Below are positions 1 to 9,729 of a stretch of DNA of 64,000 bases, one piece after another. Position numbers and translations under genes: made by a program. The stretch covers positions 270,546 through 334,545 of the forward strand of contig JACPHO010000001.1 in NCBI GenBank assembly GCA_016188545.1. The letters run 5' to 3'. The DNA is from Candidatus Shapirobacteria bacterium. Its GTDB lineage: Bacteria > Patescibacteriota > Microgenomatia > UBA12405. The notes under the pieces were generated by a model that was not told the DNA's origin, ran no database searches, and saw only the letters and a program-made list of their open reading frames with translations. Each line of letters opens with the position of its first letter. Position 1 is the first letter of the stretch.

Positions 1-1360
1 CCTCAAAGCCGAACTAGCCGACTATGCTCCAGTCAAAGGTTGTATGGTTATCCGTCCTTATGGCTATGCCCTCTGGGAATCGATTCAGCAATTCATGGAC
101 AAGCTCATTAAAGAAAGGGGAGTCAAAAATGCTTACTTTCCTTTGTTTATCCCCATGCACTTTTTAGAAAAAGAAAAAGAACATGTGGCTGGGTTTGCTC
201 CTGAACTGGCTGTAGTTACTATTGGCGGTGGTGAAGAATTGACCGAAAAACTAGCAGTTCGTCCTACCTCAGAAACTATCATGTACGAAATGTATAAGAA
301 ATGGACCAGTTCTTGGCGCGACTTGCCTATTTTAGTCAATCAATGGTGCAACATCGTTCGTTGGGAAAAAAGAACCTATCTTTTTTTAAGAACCTCAGAA
401 TTTCTCTGGCAGGAAGGCCATTGTGCTCATGCTACCCACGAAGAAAATATGGATACTGTTATGTGGGCCCTAAATATGTACGAGCAAACCTACAATGAAC
501 ACTTAGCTATTTACGGTATCAAAGGTAAAAAAAGTAACAGCGAAAAATTCGCCGGTGCTGGTGATACCTACACCTTTGAAAGCCTAATGCCCAATGGTAA
601 ATCACTCCAATCTTGCACCAGTCATGACCTAGGTCAAAACTTTAGTAAGTCATTTGATTGGTCAGTTCAGGGTAAGAATAGTGAGAAGGTTTATCCCCAC
701 CAAAACTCTTGGGGATTTTCTACTAGAAGCATTGGTGGTCTCATCATGACTCACGGTGATGTTAACGGGTTGGTTCTTCCCCCTTCTGTAGCTCCAACTC
801 AAGTTGTAATTGTTCCAATTCCCGCGCATGAAAAAGCCTCAATTAAAGCAAAAGAAATTAGCCAAGAACTAAAAGCAAGCTTCCGCGTTGAGGTCGATGA
901 AAGAGAAGGTGAGAGTGCTGGTTTTAAGTTTAATAAGTGGGAGCTAAAAGGTGTTCCACTTCGGATTGAAATTGGCGATCGTGACGTTGACGGAGGGACA
1001 GTTATTATCTGTCGACGTGATACCAGTGAAAAAATCACGGTGCCTTTTGACAAAATTAGTTCAATTATTACGAAGCTCGCTAAAGAAATTCAAACCGGAC
1101 TTCTGGAAAAACACAAAAAGTTTACTCTCGATCATACTTTCAAGGTTGATACTTATGACGAATTTAAAAAAGTCATGGAAACTAGTCGTGGATTTATTTC
1201 CGCTCACTGGTGCGAAAACCCCGAATGTGAGGCGAAAATAAAAACTGAAACCCTCGCCACTACCCGATGCCTTCCCCTGGACGCTCCAGAAGAAGAAGGT
1301 AACTGTGTTGGCTGTGGAGGCGTTTCAACTCACCGCTGGCTCTTTGGACTATCCTACTAA
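1..1360 (+). CDS. proS: Prolyl-tRNA synthetase, archaeal/eukaryotic-type (5' end truncated by window edge)
   Basis: Frame is open from base 2 (…LADYAPVKGCMVIRPYGYA… matches the class II ProRS N-region). C-terminal Zn-binding extension ends in Tyr. Confidence 0.85.
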   Translation, partial: LKAELADYAPVKGCMVIRPYGYALWESIQQFMDKLIKERGVKNAYFPLFIPMHFLEKEKEHVAGFAPELAVVTIGGGEELTEKLAVRPTSETIMYEMYKKWTSSWRDLPILVNQWCNIVRWEKRTYLFLRTSEFLWQEGHCAHATHEENMDTVMWALNMYEQTYNEHLAIYGIKGKKSNSEKFAGAGDTYTFESLMPNGKSLQSCTSHDLGQNFSKSFDWSVQGKNSEKVYPHQNSWGFSTRSIGGLIMTHGDVNGLVLPPSVAPTQVVIVPIPAHEKASIKAKEISQELKASFRVEVDEREGESAGFKFNKWELKGVPLRIEIGDRDVDGGTVIICRRDTSEKITVPFDKISSIITKLAKEIQTGLLEKHKKFTLDHTFKVDTYDEFKKVMETSRGFISAHWCENPECEAKIKTETLATTRCLPLDAPEEEGNCVGCGGVSTHRWLFGLSY

Positions 1361-1407
1361 TTTTTTTGTTTTTACTTTCTAACTTTTTACTTTATACTGA
1401 TACATAT
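1361..1407 (+). repeat. AT-rich intergenic motif TTTTTACTTTCTAACTTTTTACTTTATACT (member of the ACTTT family)
   Basis: Similar TTTACTTTTAACTTTTT element recurs at 3532-3578 and upstream of r-protein genes. Confidence 0.4.
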
Positions 1408-3531
1408 ATGCCCAAACGTGGTCGAAAAAAGCGAGGACTATTTCCTCGCGTACAGCTTAAACCAGAGACGATTCAAACCATACTTTTTGTATTTTTTATT
1501 GTCTTATCTCTTATTTCTGTTGTCTCTTTTTTACAGATAGGTCCTATCCCCACCCAATACAACTATATATTGATGCAATATTTTGGATTCGGCTCTATTA
1601 TGGTGCCTTTTTTGCTATTACTTATTTCATTTTCTTTTTCAAAACTCAAATTTCCCCTCAAGGAAGCCAATGTCCCCCTAGGTTTTTCGGTCATGTTTGT
1701 CTCCATCATTAGCTTATTTAGACAGGGGACTATTGGAGATTTCTTCTGGCTCCAGGTATTAACCTTATTTGGTCAGGTACCTACATTTTTAATATTTACC
1801 TTTTCATTTATTGTCGGTTTTGTAGTTCTTTTTGATACTGATATCGGTTCGATTATCAAGTTTCTTGTCAAAGTCTTCCTCGTAGTTAAGAAATACACCG
1901 TTGGCGAAGCTCGAAAGTTTGTCAAAGAGAAAAAATCCAAACCATCTTCAGCTCCTGTCTATATTCAAGATGAGTTAACTTCGCCAAAATTAGGTAAAGA
2001 AAAAGATGAGATTGGGGTTGTCAATATTCCTCCAGTGTTCAAATCAAATCCAAATTCTAATCAGGCATCCTCTACATCTCTAAAATCAAAAGACACTCAG
2101 ATCTGGCAATATCCATCGCTTTCCATTTTTGATGACACTCCTGGCGCCAAAGCTGACCGTGGCGATGTTCGTAAAAATGCCCAAACTATCGAGAAAACCC
2201 TTGAATCATTTGGAATTACTGCTCGAGTTGCAGACGTCAACAATAGCCCTTCTGTGACTCAATATGCTTTAGAAGTGGCTCTGGGAACTAAACTTGCCAA
2301 GATTGTTAGTCTTAGTAATGACCTTGCAATGGCTCTTGCTGCCCCTGGTGGTCAAATTCGCGTTGAAGCTCCTATCCCAGGTAAGTCATTAGTTGGTATT
2401 GAAGTTCCAAATCGATCTTTAGAAGTTGTCCCAATTCGGGCCATTCTATCCTCTGACGCCATGAATGGCGCCAAGTCAAAGATATCGGTTCCACTTGGTC
2501 TTGATGTGGCTGGCCAACCTCGTATTGCTGACATTGCCAAAATGCCTCATGTCCTCATTGCTGGACAGACAGGATCAGGAAAATCTGTTTGTGTAAATTC
2601 TTGGATTTCTACCATGCTTTACCGGTCTTCACCATCAGAACTGAGAATGATCATGGTCGACCCCAAACGCGTCGAACTTACTCCATATAATGGTATTCCC
2701 CATCTATTAACACCAGTTATTGTCGAGCCTGAAAAAGTTATTTCTGCACTCAAGTGGGCAGTTAAAGAAATGGAAACCCGTTACAAAACGTTCACTGAAG
2801 TTGGTGCTAAAAATATCGAAAGCTACAATACGCTTGCTGGTTTCACCTCTATGCCTTACATCGTCATCGTTATCGATGAGTTGGCTGAAATAATGTTATT
2901 TTCACCATCTGAGGTAGAAGACAATATCTGTCGCATCGCTCAAATGGCTCGAGCCACGGGAATTCATCTGGTCTTGGCCACTCAACGACCTTCCGTTAAC
3001 GTAATTACTGGTCTTATCAAGGCCAACATTCCCACTAGAATCGCCTTCGCTGTATCGTCCATGACTGACTCCAGGGTCATTTTAGATACACCTGGCGCCG
3101 AAAAACTACTCGGAAGAGGAGACATGCTTTATATTCCACCAGAGCTTGCCAAACCGGTTCGTATCCAAGGATGTTTTATTTCCGACAAAGAGATTGGTAA
3201 GCTTATTGACCACCTAAAGTCTCAAAAAACTACCGAATATAACGATGAAATTACCTCACAGCCAGTTGCTATTCCCGGCTCCAAGACGGCCAACATCATG
3301 TCAGTTAACGGCTCTGACCACGATGTTATGTTCCAGGATGCAGTCAAATTTATAACTGAAACGGGCAAGGCTTCTGCTACCAACCTTCAGCGACATTTTA
3401 AAATTGGTTACGCTCGGGCTGCCAGATTGTTAGACGAACTAGAACAGGCCAAAATTGTCGGGCCAGTAAATGGAGCCAAGCCACGTGAAATTTTAGTACC
3501 CCATTCTCGCCCCTCCGACGACATATTATAA
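1408..3531 (+). CDS. ftsK: DNA translocase FtsK/SpoIIIE
   Basis: N-terminal polytopic membrane domain, linker, Walker A AGQTGSGKSV, LVLATQRPS motif, C-terminal gamma wHTH. ATG at 1408 (MPKRGRKK) preferred over TTG at 1366. Confidence 0.85.
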   Translation: MPKRGRKKRGLFPRVQLKPETIQTILFVFFIVLSLISVVSFLQIGPIPTQYNYILMQYFGFGSIMVPFLLLLISFSFSKLKFPLKEANVPLGFSVMFVSIISLFRQGTIGDFFWLQVLTLFGQVPTFLIFTFSFIVGFVVLFDTDIGSIIKFLVKVFLVVKKYTVGEARKFVKEKKSKPSSAPVYIQDELTSPKLGKEKDEIGVVNIPPVFKSNPNSNQASSTSLKSKDTQIWQYPSLSIFDDTPGAKADRGDVRKNAQTIEKTLESFGITARVADVNNSPSVTQYALEVALGTKLAKIVSLSNDLAMALAAPGGQIRVEAPIPGKSLVGIEVPNRSLEVVPIRAILSSDAMNGAKSKISVPLGLDVAGQPRIADIAKMPHVLIAGQTGSGKSVCVNSWISTMLYRSSPSELRMIMVDPKRVELTPYNGIPHLLTPVIVEPEKVISALKWAVKEMETRYKTFTEVGAKNIESYNTLAGFTSMPYIVIVIDELAEIMLFSPSEVEDNICRIAQMARATGIHLVLATQRPSVNVITGLIKANIPTRIAFAVSSMTDSRVILDTPGAEKLLGRGDMLYIPPELAKPVRIQGCFISDKEIGKLIDHLKSQKTTEYNDEITSQPVAIPGSKTANIMSVNGSDHDVMFQDAVKFITETGKASATNLQRHFKIGYARAARLLDELEQAKIVGPVNGAKPREILVPHSRPSDDIL

Positions 3532-3578
3532 ATATGTTTTTACTTTTAACTTTTTACTTTTAACTTTTTCTCGCTTCC
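3532..3578 (+). repeat. Tandem ACTTTTAACTTTTT intergenic repeats
   Basis: tttttacttttaactttttacttttaactttttc directly upstream of an ATG. Confidence 0.4.
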
Positions 3579-4190
3579 ATGTTTCGCACCTCAATTATCC
3601 TCAAAAACGCTCGTGAAGATAAAGATCTTTCAATTGCGGAAGTCAGTAAAAAATTAAAGATATCTCCGAAGTATCTCGAGGCTATCGAATCAGAAAATCG
3701 TAGTGCATTTCCATCCGAGCCGTATTGCTCCTTAATTATTAAAGATTATGCTAATTTTTTAGGTCTAAATGGTGATGACATCATCTCGCTTTTTCGCCGT
3801 GATTTTGCTGTCAAGCAAAACAGCAGCCCTGTTAACTCCCAGAAGTTTTCCCTGACTCCACAGACTTTTTTTATTATCGGCCTTTGTCTAACTCTGATAA
3901 TTTTTGTCAGTTATGTTGTCACTGAATATCTAAAATATAACCAAGCACCCTCTCTAAAAGTAAACTGGCCGGAGGACACTTCACTTACTCTTTCATCAAA
4001 AATAGAAATTAGTGGTACGACCGACGCTGAAGCGACTGTCAGAATAAACAGTGACCTTATAATCGTCGACCAGTTCGGTAGTTTTAAAAAAATTATTGCC
4101 CTATCATCGCCGGAACAAAAAATTGTCGTCGAGTCACTTTCTCACAGTGGCAAAACTTCGTCGCTCGAAAAAACCTATCACCCTAAGTGA
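3579..4190 (+). CDS. RodZ-like protein (N-terminal XRE-type HTH + single TM helix + extracytoplasmic domain)
   Basis: HTH ARE..LSIAEVSKKLKISPKYLEAIE, then IIKDYANFLGL, then TM helix FFIIGLCLTLIIFVSYVV. Architecture matches RodZ. Confidence 0.5.
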   Translation: MFRTSIILKNAREDKDLSIAEVSKKLKISPKYLEAIESENRSAFPSEPYCSLIIKDYANFLGLNGDDIISLFRRDFAVKQNSSPVNSQKFSLTPQTFFIIGLCLTLIIFVSYVVTEYLKYNQAPSLKVNWPEDTSLTLSSKIEISGTTDAEATVRINSDLIIVDQFGSFKKIIALSSPEQKIVVESLSHSGKTSSLEKTYHPK

Positions 4191-4220
4191 CTTTTTCCGT
4201 AATTAGTTTATACTTTTACT

Positions 4221-4478
4221 ATGGATATCACCCAAATATTTATCATCATTAGTCTGATTGTAATTTCACTAGCCATAATTGTTTCCACTATCTATTTAGT
4301 TTCCCTTATCAAGGAACTTCAAAAGGCAACTGAAAAAGTCACTGAAATTCTCAATGATACTCACCAGATAACCAGCTCCGTTGCTAAGCCTGTATCTTCG
4401 TTTTCAGAGTTTTTAATGGGATTCAAAAATGGTTTTAGTTTATTTAATTCTTTTTTTAATAAAGAAGACAAACAATAA
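4221..4478 (+). CDS. Small membrane protein (N-terminal TM, DUF948-like)
   Basis: 85 aa, single N-terminal TM, coiled-coil-like tail. ATG start. Confidence 0.35.
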   Translation: MDITQIFIIISLIVISLAIIVSTIYLVSLIKELQKATEKVTEILNDTHQITSSVAKPVSSFSEFLMGFKNGFSLFNSFFNKEDKQ

Positions 4479-4783
4479 TGTGCGAACATTGTGACTCACA
4501 ATCTGACACCGGTAGCAGTTTTATTTTTGGTATTTTCTTAGGTGCCATCATTGGAGCAGTGGTAGCTATTTATATATATAAAAATAATCGTAGCGATGTT
4601 TTTGGTGATCTCAAAGATAAGCTCCAAAAGTATTTTTCCAAGTTTATGGACAGCCCCCCAAAGACACCAAAGAAAAAATCACAATCCTCAAAAATCACCG
4701 TAACCATACCCAAATCGGTTGAGTCAATAGACTTAACTCCGCCACGCCGATCACCTCCCCAAAAAATGTTTGTTAAAAAGTAG
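4478..4783 (+). CDS. Small membrane protein (YtxH-like GxxxG TM + K/P-rich tail)
   Basis: FGIFLGAIIGAVVAIYIY helix. ATG overlaps the upstream stop (TAATG). Confidence 0.35.
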   Translation: MCEHCDSQSDTGSSFIFGIFLGAIIGAVVAIYIYKNNRSDVFGDLKDKLQKYFSKFMDSPPKTPKKKSQSSKITVTIPKSVESIDLTPPRRSPPQKMFVKK

Positions 4784-6053
4784 TTCTGCTTTGAGACAGG
4801 CCTCTGGTAACGGCTGTTAAATCTTCATCCACTACAACTTTTGCTTGGGGAAATTTCTCATCTAATATAACTGACACAAAGTTGCTTCTGGCTGCTCCAC
4901 CAACTCGGAATACTACATCTACTTCTTGTTCTGACACATCGGCTTTTTTCAAACATTCATCAATTGATTCCACTACTGCATTGCGTAGTTTGTGCTCAGC
5001 GGTTTTTAGTTCATGCCTTTCAACTTGAACATTCAGTTTTACTTTTTCTAAGTCAACGTTAATTGTTGCTGTCGATGTTGACTGGAGTGTTTTTTTTACC
5101 TTCTCAACCGCCTTTAGTATTACAGGAATAGCGCCTGTTTCAAGAGTGTCAATAAGTAATGCGACCCCGTTTTTATCTGTGCAGTCATGTTTTCGCGAGA
5201 TCTCATTCAAGGCACGAATATAACTTGGTTGTACAAAATCACTTAATCTATGAACATCGGGAAGTGAGTCTAATAAAATATTAGGTAACCTGGATCCTTT
5301 GTCATAAGTTGCCTTACCACCAAGTTGAGGCACCACTTTCCGTTCAAAAAGTGATTTGTCAACGTCAAGTCCACCTATCTCTCTACCAGCAGAACTTGTT
5401 ACTTGCATTACCCTTCCGGATTTTTTTGAAATCAACGCGACATCTGTTGTCCCTCCACCAATATCTAGTACAAGTCCATTATTGATTATATCACTATCAT
5501 CTACTAGTCCTCTTGCTGCTGCAACTGGTTCTTCTAGAAAATCAATTCGGTCTATTCCAGCAGTTTTAGCAGCACTTTTAAGACGTTCAAATGCTAATTC
5601 CTGCTCTGAGATATTTTGTCCAAACTTTACAGGTCTGCCTACAATTGCCTCTGTTATTGGCGTGCCAGTTTTGGCTATAACAGATTGATTTAGTTCTATA
5701 AATATTCTTGAAGCTATATCCACAGTTGATACATAAGCTTTTGGCCATGCACCATCAACTTGTGTCTCTGCCCACAATAAACTTCCATCACAAGTCTCGT
5801 GAGGTATACCTTTCTTTATATTTGGCACCAAAACCTGCATTTCTTTCTTTGGGTTTACTGGTAGGTGTGAAAGATAACTTTCAATTGCACCTCTACCAGC
5901 AGTAAACTCAACTTGTTTACCATCAAAATATGCATGGACATCAGATGGAGTTGTGTCTCCTCCTTGAACTAGTATTGTCTCAGTCTGTCCATCATGATTA
6001 ATAGCGACTGAAGAGTTTGAAGTTCCAAAGTCTATACCAACAATTCTTTTCAC
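4773..6053 (-). CDS. Hsp70-family ATPase, nucleotide-binding domain only (YegD-like), no substrate-binding domain
   Basis: GIDFGTSNSSVA (Hsp70 phosphate-1) and DIGGGTTDVALIS (phosphate-2) motifs. 426 aa, GTG start. Confidence 0.6.
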   Translation of the reverse strand: MKRIVGIDFGTSNSSVAINHDGQTETILVQGGDTTPSDVHAYFDGKQVEFTAGRGAIESYLSHLPVNPKKEMQVLVPNIKKGIPHETCDGSLLWAETQVDGAWPKAYVSTVDIASRIFIELNQSVIAKTGTPITEAIVGRPVKFGQNISEQELAFERLKSAAKTAGIDRIDFLEEPVAAARGLVDDSDIINNGLVLDIGGGTTDVALISKKSGRVMQVTSSAGREIGGLDVDKSLFERKVVPQLGGKATYDKGSRLPNILLDSLPDVHRLSDFVQPSYIRALNEISRKHDCTDKNGVALLIDTLETGAIPVILKAVEKVKKTLQSTSTATINVDLEKVKLNVQVERHELKTAEHKLRNAVVESIDECLKKADVSEQEVDVVFRVGGAARSNFVSVILDEKFPQAKVVVDEDLTAVTRGLSQSRTTF

Positions 6054-6110
6054 AATAATCGTATAATAAATATATATATAGTATATTCTAGCACTAAAAC
6101 TAAAAAAATA

Positions 6111-6128
6111 TATACGTTATAACGTATA
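6111..6128. promoter_or_regulatory. Perfect 18-bp palindrome TATACGTTATAACGTATA in divergent intergenic region
   Basis: Self-complementary sequence read directly. Lies between the Hsp70-like gene (minus) and the GT4 gene (plus). Confidence 0.4.
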
Positions 6129-6162
6129 TAATAATATATAAATAGACATATCAGATGTGTAG

Positions 6163-6171
6163 TGTTATAAT
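6163..6171 (+). promoter_or_regulatory. Extended -10 element TGTTATAAT
   Basis: Exact TGnTATAAT. The same 9-mer recurs at 9716 and 55303. Confidence 0.35.
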
Positions 6172-6319
6172 CTGCCAAATTGTCAAAAGATGATTGGAAA
6201 ACAAAACAATTGAAGAGTATATCAAAATGTAAAAAGAAAAAAATGCCAGCCAACAATAGAATTTCAAAGATTATTGGAAATAAACTGTTTGTTTACCTGT
6301 TTGATGAGCAACAAGTGAA

Positions 6320-7588
6320 ATGTTTCCACCAAAAGAAAAAAACAGTCAAAAAAACCTTATGAAAATAGGTATTCTGTTTGATGGACCAGAGATCCCTCCA
6401 AAAGGTGGCGTCGGTTATCGGTTTTATTATCTATCTCACTTTTTAGCCAAAAAGGGGATTGAGATTGTCGGTTTCATGTCCGATAGAAACACTTGTACAG
6501 TTAACCAGCTCAAGAAAGAACCGTTTAAGACACACCTATTCTCCCCACGCACATTTTACAAAGATACAGATTTTGTCTTAGATGTTATTAGGAAAGAAAA
6601 CGTGGATCTAATCCAGGTCAATAATTCACAAACAGCCCTGCTGTTGGGAGCAAAATATTCCCAAGCACTGGGCATTCCACTTGTTACAGAAATGCATGAC
6701 GTAGACTCAACCCTAAAAATGACCTTGAATGCCAAAAAAGAAAAGACAGACGAGCTAGAGTTTGTCCAGTATTGTGCTGGTAAATTATCTCAAGAAGTAG
6801 TGTGCATGACTGAACTTGACAAAGAAGAACTTATCAATCTTGGAATTAACAAAACAAAAATTAATCTAATTCCAAACGGTATCGATATTGAATATTTTCA
6901 TTACACAACGCCCAATCTTACAAGCGGTCAAGCTGTCTTCTTGGGAAACATGTTTTACAGACCAAACAGAAACGCTGCCAAAGTACTAATTACCAAAGTA
7001 ATCCCAAAAACAAAACTTAAACTGGTTTGTATTGGTATGGTAGAAGAAAAATTCAAAGAAAAATATGCTTGCGAGCGAGTAATGTTTACCGGGCCAGTTG
7101 ATGACATTCGCCCAATTTTAAAGAAGTCATCAATCGCCATCGCACCAATTTTCCAAGGATCTGGTATGAAGGTAAAAATATTAAATTTCGCTGCAGCCGG
7201 TCTGCCAACCATTACCACCAGTCTAGGAATCTCCGGCTACCCATCAGAAGTGGCCATAGTTGAAAATGACGTAAACAAGTACCCAAAGATTATTGAAGAA
7301 GTGATGTCAAGTGTAGACGCAACTATAAATAGGACAAAGAATTCTCGTGAAATTATTGAAAAATACTTTTCTTGGGAACCTATCTCAGATAAGGTTATTG
7401 AAATGTACAAAAAAATACTGAAAAACAATTTGTGTTTCACAGGACAAGGCTTTGACCACTCTGACACCATGGGCTGGAAACATTATTCTTTGGCATATCA
7501 GCGAAAAACACCACTCCCAATATGGCTTGAAGAAAGCCGTACAAAGTACGGGAAAGAAAGATTTAAATACATCGATATCATCAAATGA
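6320..7588 (+). CDS. Glycosyltransferase family 4 (GT-B, group 1)
   Basis: N-terminal MKIGILFDG…GGVGYRFYYL and C-terminal GT1 core. Alternative ATG at 6359. Confidence 0.7.
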   Translation: MFPPKEKNSQKNLMKIGILFDGPEIPPKGGVGYRFYYLSHFLAKKGIEIVGFMSDRNTCTVNQLKKEPFKTHLFSPRTFYKDTDFVLDVIRKENVDLIQVNNSQTALLLGAKYSQALGIPLVTEMHDVDSTLKMTLNAKKEKTDELEFVQYCAGKLSQEVVCMTELDKEELINLGINKTKINLIPNGIDIEYFHYTTPNLTSGQAVFLGNMFYRPNRNAAKVLITKVIPKTKLKLVCIGMVEEKFKEKYACERVMFTGPVDDIRPILKKSSIAIAPIFQGSGMKVKILNFAAAGLPTITTSLGISGYPSEVAIVENDVNKYPKIIEEVMSSVDATINRTKNSREIIEKYFSWEPISDKVIEMYKKILKNNLCFTGQGFDHSDTMGWKHYSLAYQRKTPLPIWLEESRTKYGKERFKYIDIIK

Positions 7589-8157
7589 GAATTTTCGTAG
7601 AAGGACTTTGGGGTCTAGGTAAGTCAACGGTTTGTGGCTTTTTATTAGATAAAGGATATAAATTCATTATCGAGCCGGATCACAAAGCGAGTGAGTTATT
7701 AAGACGTATCAATCTGGATGATTGGTATGTCAATCAGTTTGTTGAAAAGGTCAGGTCTACAACCCAAGAAGGTGACTATGTCATTGAAAGAAGTCTCGGT
7801 TCCACTCTGGCGTACATTGAAACATGGAGTCATTCATCTGGAGCGTTACAAAAGTACTCTGATCAGATAGAAACATATAAGACTCTTGCCAAAAACGCAT
7901 TTTGCATCATCCTTTGTTCTGATTTTGATAATTATCTAGCAGCCTTGGGTAATCAAAAAGACCTCAGAATTGTAAAATTCATCAACGAGAACCATCAGTT
8001 TATTAGAGAGTATCCAAGTAACTTGATTGGACAGTGCAAGTACCTGTTTGGTGCAGACAATGTGCATATTATTAAAACCCTAGTGGATAATAAATATATA
8101 AATAAAAAATTACTAATTTCAAAAATAGATGACATCGTCTCAAAGTACAAAGCATAA
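7585..8157 (+). CDS. Deoxynucleoside kinase-like P-loop kinase
   Basis: Walker A EGLWGLGKST and ERS motif VIERSLGSTLAY typical of the dNK/dGK family. ATGA overlap with the upstream gene. Confidence 0.5.
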   Translation: MRIFVEGLWGLGKSTVCGFLLDKGYKFIIEPDHKASELLRRINLDDWYVNQFVEKVRSTTQEGDYVIERSLGSTLAYIETWSHSSGALQKYSDQIETYKTLAKNAFCIILCSDFDNYLAALGNQKDLRIVKFINENHQFIREYPSNLIGQCKYLFGADNVHIIKTLVDNKYINKKLLISKIDDIVSKYKA

Positions 8158-9097
8158 TATCCTTGTTACTGGTGGTGCTGGGTTTTTAGGTAGCTGTCTC
8201 GTAGACAGGCTAAGCAACTGCTATCAAAAAGTGGTTGTTGTCGACAACCTATCCGTGGGTAAAAAGGAGAACTTGAGCCAGAAAAAAAACGTTATCTTCT
8301 ATAAAAAAAGCATTACTGACGTTAAGGCCCTCGACTTTATTTTCAGACAAGAAAACATTACCGATGTTATTCACCTTGCTGCAATCCACTATATTCCCTA
8401 CTGTAACGAGCACGTTGGTGAAGTTTTGGCGACAAACGTAATGGGGACTGGAAACATCCTTGCTCAAATGCAGAAACACCAAGTTAAAAGGTTCATCTTT
8501 GCATCGTCAGCGGCAGTCTATCAACCTAATAAAAGTGCGCATTCTGAAAGCGATCCACTCGAACCTGTAGACATCTATGGTGTTTCAAAGCTGGTGTGTG
8601 AAAACCTGATTGGGAACTTTTCAAAAACTTACCAACTTCAGTCAACCATTCTCCGTTTTTTCAATATCTATGGTGATGGTGATTTGGTCCCTCACTTAAT
8701 ACCGGAATTGATCAGGCAAGCCTATGACGGAAACACTATTAAACTTGGTCGTCTTGATAGCATGCGTGACTACATTCACAAAGAAGATGTAGCCCAAGCG
8801 GTGTTGGATTGCTTTAAAAACAGCAACTCAGTCGGGAAAACATACAATGTTGGTAGTCAAAATGCAATTTCGGTAAAACAAGTGTTTGATTACATCAATG
8901 ACAAATTTGGTAATTCGCTAAAGATCGAAATTGAACAGTCAAGAAAGAGAGGGGCTGACGCAAGTGTCTTGTTGTCAGATACTAGTAAAATTAGGCAAGA
9001 AATCGGATGGAGTCCAAAAAATGTGCTAAAATCTTACATTAATAACTTACCGATAGATAGTGGCAAGAAAAAAAATAATCCTACCAAGAAACATTAA
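8129..9097 (+). CDS. NAD-dependent nucleotide-sugar epimerase/dehydratase (extended SDR)
   Basis: ILVTGGAGFLGSCLVDRL Rossmann motif and YGVSKLV catalytic YxxxK. Confidence 0.8.
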   Translation: MTSSQSTKHNILVTGGAGFLGSCLVDRLSNCYQKVVVVDNLSVGKKENLSQKKNVIFYKKSITDVKALDFIFRQENITDVIHLAAIHYIPYCNEHVGEVLATNVMGTGNILAQMQKHQVKRFIFASSAAVYQPNKSAHSESDPLEPVDIYGVSKLVCENLIGNFSKTYQLQSTILRFFNIYGDGDLVPHLIPELIRQAYDGNTIKLGRLDSMRDYIHKEDVAQAVLDCFKNSNSVGKTYNVGSQNAISVKQVFDYINDKFGNSLKIEIEQSRKRGADASVLLSDTSKIRQEIGWSPKNVLKSYINNLPIDSGKKKNNPTKKH

Positions 9098-9698
9098 CTT
9101 TAAGAAGATAAGTTCGCTTTTTTGCGTCACAGGAATCGATGGTTGTGGAAAAGGCACCCAAATCTTTTTATTAAAAGACAGGCTTGAGAAGGATGGTCAT
9201 GACGTTGCAGTTGTCAAAGCTTATGGTGATGCTGAAAAAGAGTCACTGTCACATTTCATGAGAGTCTGGGACGATATGACAATAACCTTAATTTTTCAAG
9301 GATTACAGCATCAACAATATGCTAACACCTTAAGAGAGAGGCATCAGAAAAAAATAGTCTTGGCCGACCGTTGGGACGAGAGCTTTTATGCCTACCATTC
9401 AGTCTTCGGTCCGCTTTCTAAGTGCCCCGAGTTAAGGGATACCTTGAACCAAATAGCATTCAATAACTGTATTCCAAAACTGACTTTCTTATTAGATGTC
9501 CCTATTGCCGAGGCGGAAAAAAGATTGATTTCTCGAGGCATGGACTATTTTGATAAAAAGGGATTCAAATATCACTCAGTTATGCGTCAGCAATACTTAA
9601 ATATAGCTAAAGAACGGAAGTGGGTTATTATCGACGGTACTTTGAAACCAGATCAGATTCACGAAATTATCTACAGCGAAGTACGCAAGAGCATCTGA
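9060..9698 (+). CDS. tmk: Thymidylate kinase
   Basis: P-loop VTGIDGCGKGTQ and DRWDESFYAYHS (DRY-like) motif. Start codon uncertain (GTG at 9060 overlaps the upstream gene). Confidence 0.6.
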   Translation: MARKKIILPRNINFKKISSLFCVTGIDGCGKGTQIFLLKDRLEKDGHDVAVVKAYGDAEKESLSHFMRVWDDMTITLIFQGLQHQQYANTLRERHQKKIVLADRWDESFYAYHSVFGPLSKCPELRDTLNQIAFNNCIPKLTFLLDVPIAEAEKRLISRGMDYFDKKGFKYHSVMRQQYLNIAKERKWVIIDGTLKPDQIHEIIYSEVRKSI

Positions 9699-9715
9699 TT
9701 CCACTTTCCACTTTT

Positions 9716-9724
9716 TGTTATAAT
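9716..9724 (+). promoter_or_regulatory. Extended -10 TGTTATAAT, 5 nt upstream of alaS ATG (predicts leaderless mRNA)
   Basis: Exact 9-mer. The ATG lies 6 nt downstream of the -10. Confidence 0.35.
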
Positions 9725-9729
9725 TCCCT

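Noticed and set aside
6180-6362. 60-aa K-rich ORF in the leader of the glycosyltransferase gene
   Set aside because: Low-complexity AAA-rich translation. It is probably untranslated leader. A uORF cannot be excluded.
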